A DNA stretch of 39,222 nt from Basidioascus undulatus (lineage: Eukaryota). Shown here one piece after another: positions 24,202 through 35,000 of this stretch. The stretch is from assembly GCA_000826855.1 (NCBI GenBank), contig JTLS01000217.1, forward strand, positions 1 through 39,222, in the 5' to 3' direction. Positions within the stretch are counted from its first letter, which is position 1. Each line of letters begins with the position of its first letter. The translations under genes and the position numbers were made by a program. The notes below the pieces were generated by a model, which searched no databases, was not told the DNA's origin, and saw only the letters and a list, made by a program, of their open reading frames with translations.

Positions 24202-25155
24202 GGTTTGAGCCTCTCTGATGGATACAAGGACTTGATTGTAAGGGGGAACTACGGACCAGAACGTCGAGATCCTTATATCTGCTGACCGTCTGTTTCGGCA
24301 ACATCAGCCTCCAGACGCTTCCCGGGAAAGGTTAGCGGAAGCTTTGGCGGTGGATTCTAAGTCACGATGCAAGATGAAAGACACGGGAAAGAAAGTTGAG
24401 CAATAAGTAGTCCAGGAATATTGTGCACGCTTTGATGGTTGTGGTCGGAGGGAAAGAGGCACGGGCGAGTCACAAGAACGAACTGGAGCCGAGCAACAGC
24501 CGACTCAGCCGACACAGTGCCATTAGTTTTCGCCCTTCACTCGATAATGGACCACAAGTCGCTTGGGACGGAAATTTTCTGCCATTATCACGTAATCAAT
24601 GGTTTGCCGACGAAAAGGCAAGCTCGTTTACACTCCACGAAGCAGTAATCTGAAGACGCCATCAGGTCTCCTCCGTCAAGTCTTTTCTCAGAGTGCGTTT
24701 GCACCGCATGGCGGATTTTTGGGTATTAAAAAGCTCGTATAGTGGAGTATAGCTGACTGATGAATGCTGCATTGTCAGCATCTATATTCTACTCAAAATT
24801 GGCTGGCTTACTAACGTGGCCACAACAGCCCCTTTTCGCTATTGGACTCACTCGATGGCCGAAAAGACCCCTCAATTTCCTTCCTGAAATTTTATTGATG
24901 TTTAATTGTATCACAAATCCTCTGATCTGTAGTCAAGAGTGTTCCGCGTTCTGCAATGCCTGCAAACTGTCATCGCTGATTGTCGCTGACACGAATCCGT
25001 TGAACGAATGGAAAGTTGTCTACTTATCATCGGTAAAAGCATTAAGAGTAAACAAAAATCAAGGAGATTCTTTCCTTGGAAAAAGGATAAACATTGTAAT
25101 TGCGAGCTCTTCGCTACGAGACTCGCACAAAGCACTCTTCGACCGCCATGAACTC

Positions 25156-25530
25156 CTACATGTCCGCCACGACCGCTGTGGTATTTCCGCCATTTCCCCC
25201 CAGACCCGGACCTCCTTCCGCGGGTCCTCCAATCCCCTGTCCGGCGTTGGCCGTTCCGATTATAGCGATGGCCGTTCCGCCTGTGGTAGAAAAGGGCCNG
25301 GGGGGGGGGGGGGGGGGATGGTTAGTCCTTCCTTTCTTACCAAAGCACACAGAGACACACATACCCCTTCCGTCACCCCCTCGAGCAAATCCACCAACGC
25401 CCGGGCCCCCGTTCGCAGACTGGATAATCTGGCTCAGGTCCATGTCCTGGACTTGGGGTACCAGTGCTGTGTGCGCCGGCAGGGCGAAGCAGACGGTGAA
25501 GAGGATGGCCGTGAACGCAGGGGCAAGCAT
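25156..25530 (-). CDS. small secreted glycine-rich protein (about 96 aa)
   Basis: Signal peptide MLAPAFTAILFTVCFA-LP; intron 25281-25364 (GTATGT..ACTAAC..CAG); mature region ANGGPGVGGFARGGDGRGGTAIAIIGTANAGQGIGGPAEGGPGLGGNGG. Confidence 0.75.
   Translation of the reverse strand: MLAPAFTAILFTVCFALPAHTALVPQVQDMDLSQIIQSANGGPGVGGFARGGDGRGMCVSVCFGKKGRTNHPPPPPPXPFSTTGGTAIAIIGTANAGQGIGGPAEGGPGLGGNGGNTTAVVADM
25299..25317. repeat. poly-G homopolymer with an N (assembly ambiguity) inside an intron
   Basis: n at 25299 followed by about 18 G. Confidence 0.9.
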
Positions 25531-26249
25531 GGCGAAACGGGGGGATGGTACAGAATCAAGAGGAGAAACGGGAGTCTAGTACATGATTGGTGTGGCCGGA
25601 CGATATAGGCGCTTCATCCACAAACAGACCAGGTGGCTCAACGCTCAGAATGGCTGGATATGAGGGGCAGTGCCCTGAAAAGGCTTGTCGCTTGAACGCC
25701 ATCCAGCGAAGGCATCTTGTCTACTTTCATTCGAGTAAACACTTCTCCACGAAAAAATTGAATTCCTCTGCACTGAATGGGAAATTCACGGGCAAAAGGC
25801 ACGCGTACACAGCATGGCGCAACGATGTGGTACCGACGGGGGCAAAGTGTTGCTGCTTGGTCAAAAACACTTTCATTCCGAGGTTTCAGAATTCATAATC
25901 ATGGGCTGCCATGCTTCAAGGTCTGCATGGCCCGCTGCCGGCATTCAGAGACTGCAATTGGAAAGCACAACAACATCGACGGTGCCGTTGGGCTGTCCGC
26001 GTCGGAGATCCACTGACATGTAGACTAGTAGGTTCCCAGAACGAAGACCAACGAAGACAAGACCTTGGGACCGCATAATCCCGCGATGTCTGGACTAGCT
26101 CTCTGGATTTTAGGATGTTCACCGCAAGTGAAACTGCCAGGAAAAATCCGTTGAAAGCTATTTGGCTCGCACTGCAGCTGAGCTTAGCCGGGGACGTACT
26201 TACATCTTCCATCCACGTACAGCTACGCCTTCGAAGACCGGCGGCAATC

Positions 26250-26633
26250 ATGAGGTCCTTCCTGCCCGCTGCCATCACAGGCCTATCTGCTGTCGCGCTC
26301 GCCGCTCCGCTTGGAGGCGAGGTGCGGTGCTCCCATACATAGTCCTCCTTCTCCGTTATGCAGCTGTAGGGCAGAAGCAGCAATTGAGATAGACTTGGCC
26401 TGCAGGCACCTTCGTACGGGCACATAAAGCTGCAGGGCACTGTAATTGACCTCTCGAAGTCGGAGCCATTTCCAACGGTCCAGCTAGCCACGCCCGACAT
26501 CCAGGACCTGCCTATCATCATACTTGGACTCCCATTCATGTCCAACCCGCCACCGCTTCAGATCCTCCTTCCTTCCACCCCCCCTATTCCCGGAGGAGCT
26601 CGGACCGCTAGTAGTAGCACCTCCTCGGTTTGA
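26250..26633 (+). CDS. small secreted proline-rich hypothetical protein
   Basis: MRSFLPAAITGLSAVALA-APLGGE, intron (GTGCGG..TGCAG ending 26405), then an open exon APSYGHIKLQGTVIDLSKSEPFPTV...NPPPLQILLPSTPPIPGG...SV*. Confidence 0.6.
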
Positions 26634-27400
26634 GGCCAACGCGGCATAGAAAGAGTCCTTGTCTCGGCGGCGGTGTTGGGCTTTCTGCTCGGATGTTGAA
26701 AGCTTTGGAAAAAGCTTTGGAAAGATGATTATGTGGGTCGGATGGCCTGGTCTCTAACTCCGAGTATAATGTCAGGTTGAAGGTATCGCTCGAACCAAAC
26801 CCCGCTGAGATTTGCGAATCAACGCTTCGCCTTTTGATGCGTTTTCGGCTGCCGTCCTCTGACACAGCCACACTCCTCGTCGACATGCATGAAGAGCCAC
26901 TACTCATACAGAGCCCAGCTTTCCACAAAAGCCTGTCAGTCTCTAAAGAAGTTGTAAGACTCCTTTGCATGGAGGTCAACCCCGGGCCGCTCGCCAGGAC
27001 GCAGTTGTTCCAGTCTTTGATGCCCTTCTTGCGTCCCCCTTACATGTTCTGTCGACGCGGGGGCATTCAAAAGTTGTCCCCTATGCAAAACTATTAGACG
27101 GCATTAAAAATGGAGGCATACCGACTGAGCGCAGTTTAGCGTGCGAAGAGATACGCAGCGCATTGAATATGTATCAGCCCCTTCAATTGTCGCAGGCTGT
27201 GTCTGCGTTCTGGCCGTGGACCATCGCTTTCGATCCGCCCTCAGCACAGGGCGCATATTCCGGAAGATGCCCCCAACGTATATTAGGCCCTTCACCACGC
27301 GTTTCGGGGTCGACCAGCATCATCCCCGGCGTCCTTAGCTGTCCAACAGCCCGTCTTGCAGCCTTCGCATCCAGCCGTCCTCCTACCCTCCTAATCAATC

Positions 27401-28422
27401 ATGACATTCCAAATATCTAACGTTTTCATATCTTACCCCACCTTCTTTGTACTGCTGGCTATCGGCTGCATCGCCGGGGCTCTCATCTGGGCCGTCAAGG
27501 ACTACCGATCCTTCATCGCTTTCGGTACGTCGTGGACTGCCTCGCCTCAGTGATGAACCCCTCCCCCATTCGAGATCCCACTAAAAGATCTGTTCCCTAA
27601 ACACAGGCACAGGCGGTATCTCCCCCGACCTACACGGATGGTGGCTGGTCACCTCCCTTCGCATCTGGCTGGTCGCCTCGCGGGCGGACCTGAAGGACGT
27701 GCGGGCGTTGGAATCGAGCCGGGATGCGAGGGGCTTCTTGGGCGGACAATTGAAGGACAGGGGGAGAGAACGTCCCCGTTTGGCTGGGAGGTATGCAAAT
27801 CATTAATTTATGCCTCGCCAGATAGCGCTGCTGACAACCGCCCTGTAGGCCACTCCCGCAGCGGCAGATCACGACGTCCAGTCTGCAGCCGTTGAACAGC
27901 CAACTCGAAGCGGCACGTCGCTATCTCCTGCCCCTCGGATCAGAACTATTTCTGAATAGTTCTTCCTTTCCTAAGTCCCTCCTCGCGCTCCTCCCCGCAC
28001 TCGTCGCCGCCCACCCGCACCTCCTCCACCTTGCGCCCTCCTCCGAGCGTTCCTCCCTCGGGCTCTACGCCACCCCCTCGCCCTTCACCTCCTCCCCCGC
28101 CTCCACCACAGACTTTGCATTCATGAAGGGCGAGATCGCCCACGTGCACGGACACGACCGCTCGCTGCACGTCGTCCTCAGCCCGAAGGACGCGGCGGAG
28201 GTGATCAACCGCGGGTGGGGGGTGCGGTTCCCGATGGCTGGCTGGGGCGGGGAGAGGATCGGCGTCACGCTGGTTTATATGCCTGAGAGCGAGGAGGTGC
28301 GTTGAAGAACTGTGAGAGAGTAGACGGTGCTAACGAAACAGTGGCACGGGCAGGACCTCAAAGTCGTCCAGGCCATCGTCAAGGCGGGAGTAGCGTGGAT
28401 GACCGGCACAGTGGTCGCTTGA
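27401..28422 (+). CDS. fungal luciferase (Luz)-like / DUF5519 domain protein with N-terminal TM helix
   Basis: TM helix, then KDYRSFIAFGTGG, ERPRLAGRPLPQRQ, GEIAHVHGHDRSLHVVLSPKDAAEVINRGWGVRFPMAG, TLVYMPESEEDLKVVQAIVKAGVAWMTG; four introns. Confidence 0.85.
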
Positions 28423-28561
28423 CGCTTTCATTTCCTTCTGTTTTCCACTTTCGCGTTTGTAAGTTTCTTATCGACTTGGAATTATAGTAAAAGTCCTGTT
28501 TGGGAAGCGCGCATTCATATACGGAGATTGCCGGACCGGCCGGTTGCGTGCACTGCGAAAA

Positions 28562-31323
28562 TCATGACCGCCTAGCATCCACAATCAATACGTCCTTCAC
28601 CTTCACCTTCTCCTTCTCCTTCTCTTCCTGCGCCCCTAGTTCCCCTCCTCCCGCACCATCCTTCTGCTCCGACCTCTTCTGTCCTCCCGCCGTCGTCCCC
28701 AGGCCCTCCGACTTCTCCCCCATCCCGCTCTGGCTCTCCTTGACCCCACCAGCATTCCCGCCCTGCGGCTCCGCAGCCAGCCCAGGCGCAGCCGGCTCGG
28801 CCTTCGCTGCCTCCGCCTCCACGCCGGCGCCCGCACCCGCACCCGCGATAGGCGGGGGAGGCGGCCAGACGAGCGTGCCGGCCTTCCACCGGCTCTGGCA
28901 GCGATTGCACATGAGGCACCCGTCCGGCCCGCGCCGCCATGAGGGGGTCTCCTGCGTGCCTAAACCCACATAGCCCCACATCTCAGCCTCATCAACCGGC
29001 TGACCGCAGTAGTACGTGAAGAGAAGGACAGACGACGACGTACCGCATGCGACGCACACCTTCCTCGTCCCATCCGGAAGCACATTATTAACGACCTTGC
29101 GCTTCTTCGTCTTTGTCTTCTTCTCCGCAGCGGGGGAGTCGAGCACTGCGAGCGCGGACGCGGACGCGGACGCCTTGCGCTTCTTGGACGTCGACGGCGC
29201 GGGGGTCTGCGCGGCCGCTGGGGCGGGGGAGGTGGAGGACGCGGACGAGGCGGCGCGCCGGTGCGCGGAGAGCGGGACGGTCCGGATCTGTGTTGGGGCA
29301 GGTGTTGTCGGGGTGGGCGCCCCCGACGCGGCGGGGAGGGCCTTGTGCAGCGGTCGAGGGGCGAAGCGGTCTGTGAAGATCTGTTGCGGGAGCTGTGCGT
29401 TAGGTTGGGACGATGTGGGATGGGAGCAATGGGAAGACATAGACGTACGTCTTCGAGATGCGATGGGAGCGGCTCGTCGACTGGGATGCGATAATGGAGG
29501 AAACCGCGGGGTGGGACGTGCTTGGCCTATCGCATACCGCATACCACCTTCGTATCAGCCTGCGCTTCGTCCACCCCGCGAAACCTCGGCAAAAAGCGCA
29601 CCAGCTCCCTCAGCTCCTCCTTCCTCTTCGCGACGTCCACGCCAATGCTCGCGCGCTCAAACGCGGCCCACAGCGTCGTCGGGCAGCCCGTCAAGCGGAG
29701 CGTGACGGGGTGCACGGGCGGATGCGCCGACTGTGGGGGCGGCGCGGCAGGGGTCTTCTTCTTGGTGTCGGTCGCCGGAGTCGGCGTGGCGGTGGTGGGG
29801 TCGGTGATGGAGGTGGAAGGAGGGATGGGAAAGAGGAAGGAGCCCTTTAAGGGAACGAAGAACGATAGACGGATCTCGGGGAATGCGGGAGTGCCGTGCC
29901 GCGAGGCGATGATTCTGTCCATCGGGAGGATCCAGCTGTCCAACGAGAAAAAGGTTATGAATCATCAGTCAAAGCTTCACCGGCGGGCGGAATGCAGATG
30001 AGGAGAGACGCAACCGGTCTTGCGGGTTGTCCCGGAACTCGATGACCACTGCGCTAGGCGTGCGGACTGGCTTCGGCGGGAACGCGGGGAAGGATGAGGG
30101 AAATGCGTTGGGCAGAGACGGCGTGGCGGAGGAGGTAGAAGGTAATGGTGTAGCGGTCGGAGCGGCGGTGGCGGAGGAAGACGGGCCGGGCGCAGCAGGC
30201 GCAGGCGTGCGGGGGAGATTCGGCGGTGGCAATTTCGAGGAGGACGCCGCCGGCGTAGATGCAGCAGTGGGTGCGGTAGGTTTGGACGGCGTCGAAGCCG
30301 CCCCGGGGGTAGAGGATGTGGAAGCTGTCGACCTGGGGGCGGCGGGGGAGGAGGAAACCGATGGAGGGCGGGCGACCGATGGGGACGGAGAGGCGGCAGC
30401 GGCGATAGATGGGCCTAGAGTAGAAGGTTCAGCAGTCGGCGCCGGCTTGGGCGCTGCGGCTTTGATCGCGGCGATCCATGCCCCGAGCGCCTTAAGCTGG
30501 TCGGACGTCGCCTTGCCCGCTGCTGCGAGCTGCAGGACTTGGCCGAGGAGCGGGTTGAGGGCGGCGGCGGCGTTCACCTGATGAAGGAGCTTGATAATTG
30601 AGATGACTTTTGAAGGAGCGGAGGGAAGGGTTGAGAAGAAAGACACACCTGAGCGACCAGGTGAGCATCGACCGTCGTGGAGCTCGGCGCGGGCGGCGGC
30701 CTAGGCGCGGACACCGGCGGTGGTGCTGGCGTCTGCGGCATAGGCCTCGGAGTCGAGACGGCCCTAGGCGCCGGCGACGCCTTTGCCTTTTCTTTCTCCT
30801 TCCCCTTCTTCTTTGCCCCTCCCGCGGCCGCCCCGCCGACCGGCCCCGCCGTCTCGACCCACTTGACCTCGAACAACTTGGTCTCGCCAAACACGTGCGG
30901 GCCGACGTCGATATCGACCTTGCCGAGGGGTACGATCGTGTGCGGGGGCTGGACGATCTCCTGAGCGTTCTTTGCGCGCGAGCGGGTGGAGAACTTGGGG
31001 AAGAGGGAGGTGAGGTATGTCTGGCGGGACTGGCGGAGGGACTGGGCGAGGACGAGGCTGGGGGGAGTCGCGTTCTCAACACATGTCTTCCAAGAAAACA
31101 ATGAGACAGCAAGAGCGCACCTCTGTTCGATTGTACGCAGCTGGCGGTGTGTCTTTACCCTGTCCTCCTCGCCTTCGACCTCGGCGGGGAGGACGACGGG
31201 CTCGGCGAGCTCCTCCCAGTCACCGGGGGGCTGCGGCGCGGTCCCCATGGGGAGATCGACCCGCCGCGGGAGGTCGTTTACGTTGGCGCGCCGTGACTGG
31301 TTCGCCGGCGTCGACGTGGACAT
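28562..31323 (-). CDS. Swc3-like (SWR1 complex) protein with C-terminal GATA-type zinc finger
   Basis: LAQSLRQSRQTYL..FPKF, LGKVDIDVGPHVF, VVIEFRDNPQDRWILP, HPVTLRL resemble Swc3-like segments; spliced finger CVACGTQETPSWRRGPDGCLMCNRC (C-x2-C-x17-C-x2-C); internal exon structure partly uncertain. Confidence 0.65.
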
Positions 31324-32063
31324 TGTGCGCGACGGCGAGCAGATGAGCGTATAAGTGCGGACGCGCCGGGAGCGCGCCGATGCCGACTCGGAGTGGGCGT
31401 TTGCGCCGCGGTAAGCCCCCGGACAAGACTCGTCAGTTGCACCAACCAGCAGTGCATTTTCGGCACCATTATTCCATTATTCTTTCCTTGGCGTGTGCCT
31501 GAACATATTCTTGTTGAAGGCCGTATGGTGCACATCGGCTATGCCTCGTGTACGTCCGCATCCGCCGCGGGCTCCGTGCGCAAAACACTTCACAGTGTGC
31601 CTGAAAATCGCCGCGACAAGCGTTTGGTTGCGGCGCCTTCGTTCTTTTCAACATCGATAGATTTGCGAGTAAGTTATAAACAATTCAATCATGTCCGATC
31701 AATCTCCACGGCAAGGCACGCTGCAGCGCAGCTTCGAAGCACAGCAACTGCGAAAGGGATCATCTCGGACAGTTCTCGACATGGCTTCCATCCGCATCGG
31801 CGGAAGTCAAGTCAAACCATACTTGACATGTATCGTGGGAACTAAACAGCCCAGAAACCCAAATCAAGAAGGCCAACGGGCACGCGGTGTCTTCCCAGCC
31901 ATACAAACACGCCCCTTCAAACGCAAGGCGTTCAACACCTCCCCCTCTCAACGTCTTCTTCTGCTTGCCTCCGACCCCGACGCTTTTTATTCGCCAATTT
32001 GAGAAGGAATACAAGACTCCAACATCCACCCTCTTCTATCTCTTTCACTCCTCGATCTCAAGG

Positions 32064-35000
32064 ATGGTCAGCAGGTCGAACCTCGCTCTCAGCCCGTCCA
32101 AGCTGCACCTCCTCGACAGGGACCAGGTGCAGCCCGTCGGGATGAGCAGTCCGCCGTCTTTTCCCTATCTGTCTCCCAAGTCGGTGAGTAGCTTTTGATG
32201 AACCGTGCTCGGGGCGAAAAGGGTACTCACAGTTTATCTTCGTTCTGGCACGCAGCGTCGCGAGTCGCCGCCCAGCATCTCGACGTCGTCTTCGCTCGTT
32301 TCGCTTAGCGTGTCCGAGAAGGTACCTCGCCCCTCGAGAAAATTCTGACCCTTATTCCCTAATACTCCATTAAATTTCCTCCTATTTACACAGTACCACA
32401 TCTCTCCCGACCCTGCTTTCTGGGGCAGCACGACAGAAGGTCCCGAACCCGACGACCACTTGCAGTGAGCATTTTCTTTCGCCCGCTCTTCAGGAAGCAT
32501 CCGCCGAATTTCTGATCACCATAACACCAGTCTACCCGACCCAAAACGCGACGCCCGGCGCGACCTCGCCCGCGACTTCTTCACCAAGCGCGGCATCCAG
32601 AACGTCGGCTGCCTGGCAATCCTCGTCCTCCTCCTCATCGCGCTCTTGTCCGTCCCATCCCCCCTCCACTCATCAGCCCCCAGCTCACCTTCTCCCCTTC
32701 CAGTGCTGTTTACCCTCTTCTCTCGTACCCCTCTCTCTCCTTCCGCTTCCTTCCTCCGCTCACCAGCCCCGCCCCCACAGCTATTTCGTCCGCCCCTCTC
32801 CCAACACTCTCGGCGGGTACGGTCTGGGAGGGATCAACGGGACCGGCCAAGTGCCCGACCTCCCCTTTGGGCTGATCGACCCCGATACGCCCGCCGAGGC
32901 GCTCAGGCGCACGGGGTTTGATGGGAGGGAAATGGAGCTGGTTTTCTCCGACGAATTTGAGGTTGAGGGGAGGAGCTTCTATAAGGGGGACGACCCGTAC
33001 TGGGAGGCAGAGGATATTCACTACTGGCAAGTACGCCTGCTTCGAAACTTTCGTCTCTTTGGTTGGGGGAAGAATATCGTGAGCTGATTCGGGGCCGGGG
33101 ACGTGCGCTCAGACATCCAACCTGGAGTGGTACGTCTTCTGGGCTGCCGTTCAGCTTTCTGCGCTTGACTCCTGACTTTGATGGACACCGAAGGTATGAT
33201 CCCCGACAGATAACGACCACCGAGGGCAAGCTAGCCATCACGCTCTCCGACACCCCGAGCCACGGCCTCAACTACACTGGCGGGCTGCTCATGTCGTGGA
33301 ACAAGTGCGATGCACAGTCTCCGTCCGCCTACTGGTCTCCAGCTTTCTGACCTTCGGAAAACCTGGTGGATCTAGGTTCTGCTTTACCGGAGGCTATCTT
33401 AGCGGTACGGTCGTCACTGCCCCCTCGAGTTGAGGCAGCGGTTGCTGAAAGCGAGGCTGTTCCCCTGCGCAGCGTCCATCTCTCTTCCTGGTCATCCAGA
33501 CGTTGCTGGACTTTGGCCAGCCTTCTGGAGCCGTCCGTTTCCATTTAATTTTGAACTACCATTAGGTTCTTAACGCCTCTTTCGTCTACAGTAGGTAACC
33601 TGGGCCGAGCGGGCTACGGCGCAACACTTGAGGGAATGTCAGTCCTTTCCGCGCTTTCCTTCGACACACCGGAGCTGACATTCGCTTGACTTCAGGTGGC
33701 CGTATGTTTACGGGGACAGGTGCTGTATTGACGCCGAATTCATTTATCCTTACCCCTCTGCGTAGATACACGTACGACTCGTGCGATGTCGGGGTCAGTT
33801 TCCCGTTCATTGGTCTTGAGCACGGTCCTTACCACGCCCCACCTGCAGACACTCCCGAATCAGACCCTGGACGGTACGTTTTCGTATTCCTCTGATCAAC
33901 CCTCACCCTTCGCTGAATGTTCCCTTCCTCCCCGCAGGCAAGCCCGAGGTCGCCCTCACTTCCGGCAAGATCTACAGCGACTACGAGCTGTACGTCTGCG
34001 TCTTCCGAGCCTGTTCCATTCTCTCCCAAATTTCACACCCATTGGTTTTCTTCATACACAGATCGTACCTCCCCGGCCAGCGTCTCTCGCGCTGCACATG
34101 CGACGACCCCGAGTCTTTCCACCCCGGTCCAAAGGACGCCAACGGCGACTACGTAGGGCGCGGAGCGCCTGAAATCGACGGTAGGTCTTGAGTGATACGA
34201 GGGAAGCACGTCCTCAAGCTCATCTTTGGGTGAGGGATAGTCCTCGAGGCGACGGTCGAGCAGAATCTTCGGCTCGGACAACTCAGCCAGAGCGGGCAAT
34301 GGGTGCGTTGTCGAACTAGGAAATTGCTTGGGGTCTTGCACCCTGACGGGCCTGGGGAAAGCGCAGGCACCCTTCAATGCGTACTATGAGGTGTGTCCAT
34401 GTCTGTTTCCGTACAGGCGGAAGGACAGCAAGAGAGCCTTTGACACGCGATTAATCGCAGTGGACCAACACCTCCGAAACGTACACGCTTCATGACGAGG
34501 ACTACGAATGGCCTACGCACCTCAACGAATACACGGGTCAGTAGTGATCTCGTGGTTCTCACCATGCCTTAACCCTGATACAAACCTTTGAGGAGAATTT
34601 AGGTGGCGAGTTCCAGCAAGCGTCCTCGGGCATCGCAAGTTTTCTTTCCATCGACCCGCTCCAGCGATACTGACGCCAGACGGTTCCCAAGGCCACTGCG
34701 AACCAATCCTGCTACAGCGGAGCCAATCCCACCCCATCGTCAGGCTGTTACTCTGAGGTTCGCCTCTTTTCCCCTTCCGATGAGCCTTCGTTCTCTGAAA
34801 AGCCCTTGCCCACAGTACGGCTTCGAATACGTTACCGGACCAGACGGTTACATCGTGCCCCCTTTCCCCACTTAATAGACGTGTATTGAAATGGTATTGA
34901 TGTCAGCATCTGCTAGGGCTGGGTTGCGGACGGTCGCCGGACGTGGACGGTCAAGGCTGCTGGCCTGGGACCGGACCCACGCGTGGAGATCGACACGCGT

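Noticed and set aside
24760..25608. 282-aa plus-strand ORF
   Set aside because: Runs through an N-containing homopolymer and is antisense to the better-supported Gly-rich gene
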